Of a DNA stretch of 32,000 nucleotides, positions 26,285 through 32,000 are shown in pieces. Position 1 is the first letter of the stretch. Each line of letters starts with the position of its first letter. The stretch is from Polynucleobacter necessarius. GTDB lineage: Bacteria > Pseudomonadota > Gammaproteobacteria > Burkholderiales > Burkholderiaceae. The stretch lies in the NCBI RefSeq assembly GCF_900095195.1, contig NZ_LT606950.1, positions 240,001 through 272,000 on the forward strand. The letters run 5' to 3'. A program made the position numbers and the translations under genes. A model generated the notes under the pieces. It did not search any database. It saw nothing but the letters and a program-made list of their open reading frames with translations, and was not told the DNA's origin.

Positions 26285-27469
26285 TTACTTCTTCTTGGCT
26301 GTTGCGTCTTCAGCATTCAAGAACTCAACGCGACCGTTCTCAACTACACCCATCACAACATCTTTTGCCTTAATTGCTTCATGGTCTGTTGCGGAGAATG
26401 GCTTGTTGTAAGTGATCACAACACCATCTACTGGAGCCTTCAAATCTTGTAATGCTGCCAAGATTTTTGGTCCCTCAGTGCTGTTAGCTTGCTTGATTGC
26501 AGCAGCCAAGAGGTAAACAGAGTCATAACCCTGTGCAGCAGACACTGGAGAAAGAATGTTGTTATTTTTTGGCTTGAACTCTTTCAAGTAGGCTTCCTGG
26601 AAAGTCTTACGCTTTGGAGTCGTGGATGGAGACTGAATGTAGGTTTGTGGCATGGTTGCACCGTCACCGTTCTTACCAGCAGTATCGATGAAGCTCGCCA
26701 TTGACAATGTCCAGCCACCGATCATTGGCTTTTTCCAGCCCAACTTCGCCATACCGTTTGCAATTTGTGCCAACTCAGGTCCAATTGCATACGTTAAGAT
26801 TACTTCTGCACCCGCATTTTTTGCTTTGAGCAATTGTGAAGTCATATCTACGTCACCAATGTTGAATTTCTCAACAGCTACTGGTGTTACGCCATATGTC
26901 TTGAGGGCTTTTTCCAAGTCCTCACGACCCAACTGGCCATAGTTTGTAGAGTCAGCCAAGATCGCTACTTTTTTCAAGCCGCGCTTTTCAACCGCTTCTT
27001 TAGCAATCATTGGTGCCTGAATATTGTCCGCTGCAGCGTTACGGAAAATATAGTTCTCTGGCGCGTTCGGGAATTGCTTGGTCAAGATAGAGCCAGTAGC
27101 AACGTTGTTCATCACTGGAATCTTGGCGTCTTGATAAAAACGCTGGGAAGCCAATGCAACACCAGTATTGATGTAACCCAAAGTGGCAACCACTTTCTCG
27201 TTATTAATCAACTCTTGAGCAATTTGTACGCCACGCTCGTTTTTCGCTTCATCATCGCGTTCAATCAATACGATTTTGTTGCCGTTAATACCACCAGCAG
27301 CATTGATCTCTTTAGCAGCAAGACGCACTCCGTCGCGCATACTCACGCCCATCGAAGATGAACCACCAGTAAATGGGCCAGATAAACCGAGTTTGATATC
27401 GGCTGCGTAAGCGCTAGTGGCAACTAATGCAGAAGCGGCTACAGCAAAAATGTGACGACGAATATTCAT
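26285..27469 (-). CDS. Periplasmic branched-chain amino acid (Leu/Ile/Val)-binding protein family, ABC substrate-binding component
   Basis: Signal peptide MNIRRHIFAVAASALVATSAYA. IKLGLSGPFTGGSSSMGVSMRDGVRLAAKEINAAGGINGNKIVL is the type I PBP (LivK/LivJ) N-terminal pattern. 394 aa, uninterrupted. Confidence 0.85.
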   Translation of the reverse strand: MNIRRHIFAVAASALVATSAYAADIKLGLSGPFTGGSSSMGVSMRDGVRLAAKEINAAGGINGNKIVLIERDDEAKNERGVQIAQELINNEKVVATLGYINTGVALASQRFYQDAKIPVMNNVATGSILTKQFPNAPENYIFRNAAADNIQAPMIAKEAVEKRGLKKVAILADSTNYGQLGREDLEKALKTYGVTPVAVEKFNIGDVDMTSQLLKAKNAGAEVILTYAIGPELAQIANGMAKLGWKKPMIGGWTLSMASFIDTAGKNGDGATMPQTYIQSPSTTPKRKTFQEAYLKEFKPKNNNILSPVSAAQGYDSVYLLAAAIKQANSTEGPKILAALQDLKAPVDGVVITYNKPFSATDHEAIKAKDVVMGVVENGRVEFLNAEDATAKKK

Positions 27470-27607
27470 AATGTCTCCATGACTAAAAATGCGAATGAAA
27501 TAAAACTTTTTTATATTTACTACAACTGACGAACGATTATCTTACCGTGATTGCCAAAGCAAAAAAAGGGGCTGCTATTAGGGTTTTACATTAGCGTGTT
27601 GAGTGGG

Positions 27608-29115
<1,508 letters not shown>

Positions 29116-29116
29116 A

Positions 29117-29419
29117 GGCGAGATCTCTCAGGCAGAGGGAGTGGCGCAGCAGATCGGCGCAAAGGACTCTCCAAAACTAGAGGTTCGATTCGCACCTTCT
29201 TGGCTCGCTTTTTTGCCCATGGTTTGGGGCGATTATTGGGTCATCGATTTAGATCCCCAGTATCAAGTAGCTGCAGTGAGTGATCCGAAGCGCGAATACC
29301 TTTGGGTGTTGTCTAGGACACCACAGTTGGACAAAAAATACGATGAGCTCTTGGTCCGGCTGCAGGCTCAGCAATTTGATATTCGTCAGCTCGAGCTCAC
29401 CACGCAAACGGCACAGTAA
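29117..29419 (+). pseudogene. blc: Bacterial lipocalin (Blc-like) C-terminal fragment
   Basis: GEISQAEGVAQQIG...KLEVRFAPSWLAFLPMVWGDYWVIDLDPQYQVAAVSDPKREYLWVLSRTPQLD parallels the C-terminal half of Blc (…LKVSFFGPF..YNVIALDREY…DYLWILSRTP). There is no N-terminal half, lipoprotein signal or credible start. Confidence 0.7.
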
Positions 29420-29432
29420 TCGAGTCATTCCA

Positions 29433-30215
29433 TTGAGTTATTTTTCATTACCACTAGGGATCGAGGTATTCGAGTGGGGATGGCTTTCTGCCAACAATAT
29501 CTTTCACTTTGGCGAAGAGGATGTATCGCTGGTAGATAGTGGATATTGTTCACATCAGAGCATGACATTGGATTTTGTTCGAAATGCACTCCTACGCCAT
29601 CAGCTAAAAAACTTAGATAAGGTTGTTAATACCCACCTGCACTCTGATCATTGTGGTGGTAATGCGCAACCAGCCAATAGCTATCACTGCAAAATTTGGA
29701 TACCCAGTGCAGAAGCTCCAGCAGTAGAGAGTTGGGATGAAAACCGATTGAGTTATCAAAATCTTGGTCAAGAGTGCCCACGCTTTCAATGCGATGAGGT
29801 TCTGGAGCCGGGTCAGAGTATCCAATTGGGGCGCTATCAATGGACAATATTGTCGGCGCCAGGACAGGATCCACATCCTGTCATGCTCTATCAAGAGGAG
29901 CATGGGATTCTGATTTCTGCGGATGCCCTTTGGGAGGAGGGGTTTGGTGTCGTCTTTCCTGAGATGTGGGGCGAACCAGGGTTTGAAGAGGTGGCGCAAA
30001 CCCTGGATCTTATTGAAAATCTAAAAATCTCGGTAGTGATTCCGGGTCACGGCAAAATCTTCACCGATGTTACAAAATCCATCGCTACAGCGCTCTCTCG
30101 ATTAGACTACTTGGCATCCAATTCTGATCGAAATGCTCGCCATGGAGCTAAGGTGCTTTTGAAGTACAAGCTAATTGAGTGGCAAATAAAAGAATTGAGT
30201 GAGGTTAAAGAGTAG
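29433..30215 (+). CDS. MBL-fold metallo-hydrolase (ends at an in-frame TAG; homologous frame continues to 30356)
   Basis: VVNTHLHSDHCGGN (HxHxDH), later ISADALWE and VIPGHG. TTG 29433 is the first plausible start after the blc remnant; the ORF-track start at 29280 overlaps that remnant. Confidence 0.7.
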   Translation: MSYFSLPLGIEVFEWGWLSANNIFHFGEEDVSLVDSGYCSHQSMTLDFVRNALLRHQLKNLDKVVNTHLHSDHCGGNAQPANSYHCKIWIPSAEAPAVESWDENRLSYQNLGQECPRFQCDEVLEPGQSIQLGRYQWTILSAPGQDPHPVMLYQEEHGILISADALWEEGFGVVFPEMWGEPGFEEVAQTLDLIENLKISVVIPGHGKIFTDVTKSIATALSRLDYLASNSDRNARHGAKVLLKYKLIEWQIKELSEVKE

Positions 30216-30367
30216 ATTTTGAATACACCCGCTTTAAAGAGCGCAGCGTATCAACTCAATATAGATGACGAGGAGTTTTCTCAATGGCTGCTACAAGCTC
30301 TGGTTAAATCCGGAGCTGCCCTGTGCGATGGAATGAATTTAATGGATCAGGTTTAATAAGGGGATAT

Positions 30368-30776
30368 ATGGAACATACTGTTTTAGTGACTGGTGCTACG
30401 GCTATGCGCTAGGTCTCGATATGACTCGTAGAGATCTACAGCGGTTTATGGGAGATCAAAAGAAGCCCTGGGAAATTGGTAAGTCGTTTGATTACTCTGC
30501 CCCAATCGGCCCAATCTATACCGTAGATAAAATTGGTCATTTCCAGAAGGGTGCTATTGCGCTATCGGTAAATGGCGTAACTAAACAGAGCGCTGATTTG
30601 AGTCAAATGATTTGGTCGGTGGCTGAACAGGTTTCAAAGCTATCCGAGGCAAATGAATTATTCCCTGGCGACATATTTATTCCGGCACTCCTGAGAATGT
30701 TGGTCCTGTTGTCAAAGGCGATGTAGTACGCTGTACGATTGCCGGCTTACCGGATTTGGTAGTGAAAATCGTTTAA
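30368..30776 (+). pseudogene. Fumarylacetoacetate hydrolase (FAH)-family C-terminal fragment, frameshifted, preceded by the first ~11 codons of an unrelated SDR/epimerase gene
   Basis: YGYALGLDMTRRDLQ...KPWEIGKSFDYSAPIGP...SQMIWSVAEQVSKLSE...FPGDI, then a frameshift (~30675-30682) to YSGTPENVGPVVKGDVVRCTIAGLPDLVVKIV* (stop at 30774-30776). Upstream, ATG 30368 with SD aagggg encodes MEHTVLVTGAT, a Rossmann N-terminus that stops making sense at ~30400. Confidence 0.65.
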
Positions 30777-30781
30777 GATCG

Positions 30782-31526
30782 ATGCGCGTATTGCTAGCCT
30801 TAGGGCTTTTATTCGTCTCTTTGGGAACGCATGCCGTTGAGTATCGCTTTTATTCGGCGGCAGGCGTCAAGGCTCCTTTGACAAATCTTTCGGAAATTTT
30901 TAATCGTAATCAGTCTGGATATCGAATCGTGAATGATTTTGATACCGCAGGAGCTGCAGAAAAAAAATTTTCGAGGATACTAAAAGTACTTGCTTAATCA
31001 CCACCAAAGTTCGCATGGACAACGCCATCAAAGCCGGCACTCTTCCGATGAATAGCGCAACACCATTGGTAGATACTCTTGCAGGAATTTCCTCTTCAAA
31101 TACGGTAAAGCCAGTTATTAAGAACTCGCAGCAATTAACCGATGTTTATTACAAGCAAAGTCGATTGCATTCTCGGACCCCGAGAGAGGCGCAACCGTGG
31201 GCCGTCATTTTCAGCAGGTGATTAAAAAACTCGGCATTGAAGATCAGGTATTAAAAAAATCCATACTGGCAAGCGATGGCGTCGAGACCATGAAACTGGT
31301 TTTGGCAAAAAAAGTCGAGATAGGAATCGCGCAAATGAGTGAGGTTATTCAGGCAGATCGAAGTGCACTTGTTGGGCCATTTCCCCCCGAATATGAATTG
31401 GCAACCCGATATTCGTTATATTGCAAGAATCGGGATCAAGACAAGCTGGCATCGTTTATTGGTTTACTGCAATCCCCGTTCGGCAATCAAGTATTCAGGA
31501 GTTCTGGCTTACGTCCGGTGCAGTAA
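30782..31526 (+). pseudogene. ModA-like periplasmic substrate-binding protein with at least 2 frameshifts
   Basis: Signal peptide MRVLLALGLLFVSLGTHA, and FYSAAGVKAPLTNLSEIF..NDFDTAGAAEKKF. The frame breaks at the A8T4 run (30960-30971) and again near 31145-31150. The last piece, ...SIAFSDPERGATVGRHFQQVIKKLGIEDQV...VGPFPPEYELATRYSLY, runs to 31526. The family call is tentative. Confidence 0.5.
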
Positions 31527-31535
31527 ATAGCTGGA

Positions 31536-32000
31536 TTATGGATTTTTCTTCCATTTGTAGAATTTGGGATAGATGCGCATCACGGTTGGACCATTAAAGT
31601 CCCAAGTTTTGCATGTGCCTAAATACAGGGGAGGCTGATTTCCATCGATATCCATTAGGGCCCCGGGTATCGCTTGAAAAGCTGCTGTCGCTAGATTATT
31701 TAAGAGCTCTCTTAAATGCGTGCAGCCTGCAATTCCGCCTAAGTGCGTTTGAATGGTTTTGCGCCACCCCTTGCCCAATTGTTCTCCAATGAGTGCATTC
31801 ATGGGCGGAATAACATGGGGGCATTCAGGATGAGGATGTCCATCCATCGCAACTTCTATGCCTTGAATAATTAACTCACTATTGAGAGTCAGGCGCACCC
31901 ACTTGTCATGGAAAGCTTCACCCGGTTGGTAGGTTGTGGTTCCTGTGACAAAGGGCGTTGTCTTGTAATCACGAAGATGCCCTTCAATATCCCAAAGACC
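31536..32000 (-). CDS. DUF2889-family protein, 5'-partial (continues right of window)
   Basis: The minus-strand frame is open to nt 32000 (GLWDIEGHLRDYKTTPFVTG...HDKWVRLTLNS...). HPHPECPHVIPPM and GGIAGCTHLRELLNNLATAAFQ are typical DUF2889 strings. Confidence 0.65.
   Translation of the reverse strand, partial: GLWDIEGHLRDYKTTPFVTGTTTYQPGEAFHDKWVRLTLNSELIIQGIEVAMDGHPHPECPHVIPPMNALIGEQLGKGWRKTIQTHLGGIAGCTHLRELLNNLATAAFQAIPGALMDIDGNQPPLYLGTCKTWDFNGPTVMRIYPKFYKWKKNP

Noticed and set aside
26489-27361. Plus-strand ORFs of 71-96 aa (26489-26704, 26652-26942, 27074-27361) overlapping the LivK-like gene, and 28088-28291 inside the EamA pseudogene.
   Set aside because: They are antisense shadows of a strongly supported minus-strand coding region, with no motifs.
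27536-27563. Possible sigma70 promoter for the LivK-like gene on the minus strand (-10 GATAAT at 27536-27541, weak -35 TTTGCT/TTGCTT about 16 nt upstream).
   Set aside because: Only the -10 hexamer is convincing, so this is not enough to list as a feature without transcript-start data.

Overview
The window has three distinct parts. (1) nt 1-23557 is an AT-rich surface-glycan biosynthesis island. It is almost entirely plus-strand, and its roughly 24 ORFs are uninterrupted and often translationally coupled. It holds a complete pseudaminic acid (Pse) pathway (pseB, pseC, a pseG-GNAT fusion, pseI, pseF). Interleaved with it are an SDR/acyl-carrier-protein/adenylating-ligase module and an aldo-keto reductase plus class III aminotransferase pair. 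The island also encodes a PglK-like ABC exporter, a methyltransferase, two Wzy_C-type membrane proteins, GT2 and GT4 glycosyltransferases, an unusual radical SAM enzyme, a PglC-like phosphoglycosyl transferase, a sialyltransferase-like protein (candidate pseudaminyltransferase), and a GNAT/cupin/DegT amino-sugar module. (2) nt 23558-24546 is about 1 kb of AT-rich sequence full of stop codons, with no credible gene. (3) nt 24547-32000 is higher-GC chromosomal backbone made up mostly of gene wreckage. It includes a chaA-like antiporter remnant whose blocks alternate between strands (two in-place inversions), fused by deletion to a frameshifted livH remnant. It also includes a twice-frameshifted EamA transporter, GMC-oxidoreductase and lipocalin fragments joined head to head by a deletion, an FAH-family fragment carrying the start of a lost SDR gene, and a frameshifted ModA-like binding protein. 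Only a LivK-like binding protein, an MBL-fold hydrolase (cut by an in-frame TAG) and a partial DUF2889 gene look readable. I found no rRNA, tRNA, CRISPR array, transposase or integrase. The main point of interest is an intact, non-canonical Pse-glycan island sitting next to backbone in advanced decay. All functional calls come from motif recognition by eye, with no database search. As an unverified guess, the backbone could be a Polynucleobacter-like betaproteobacterium undergoing genome reduction.
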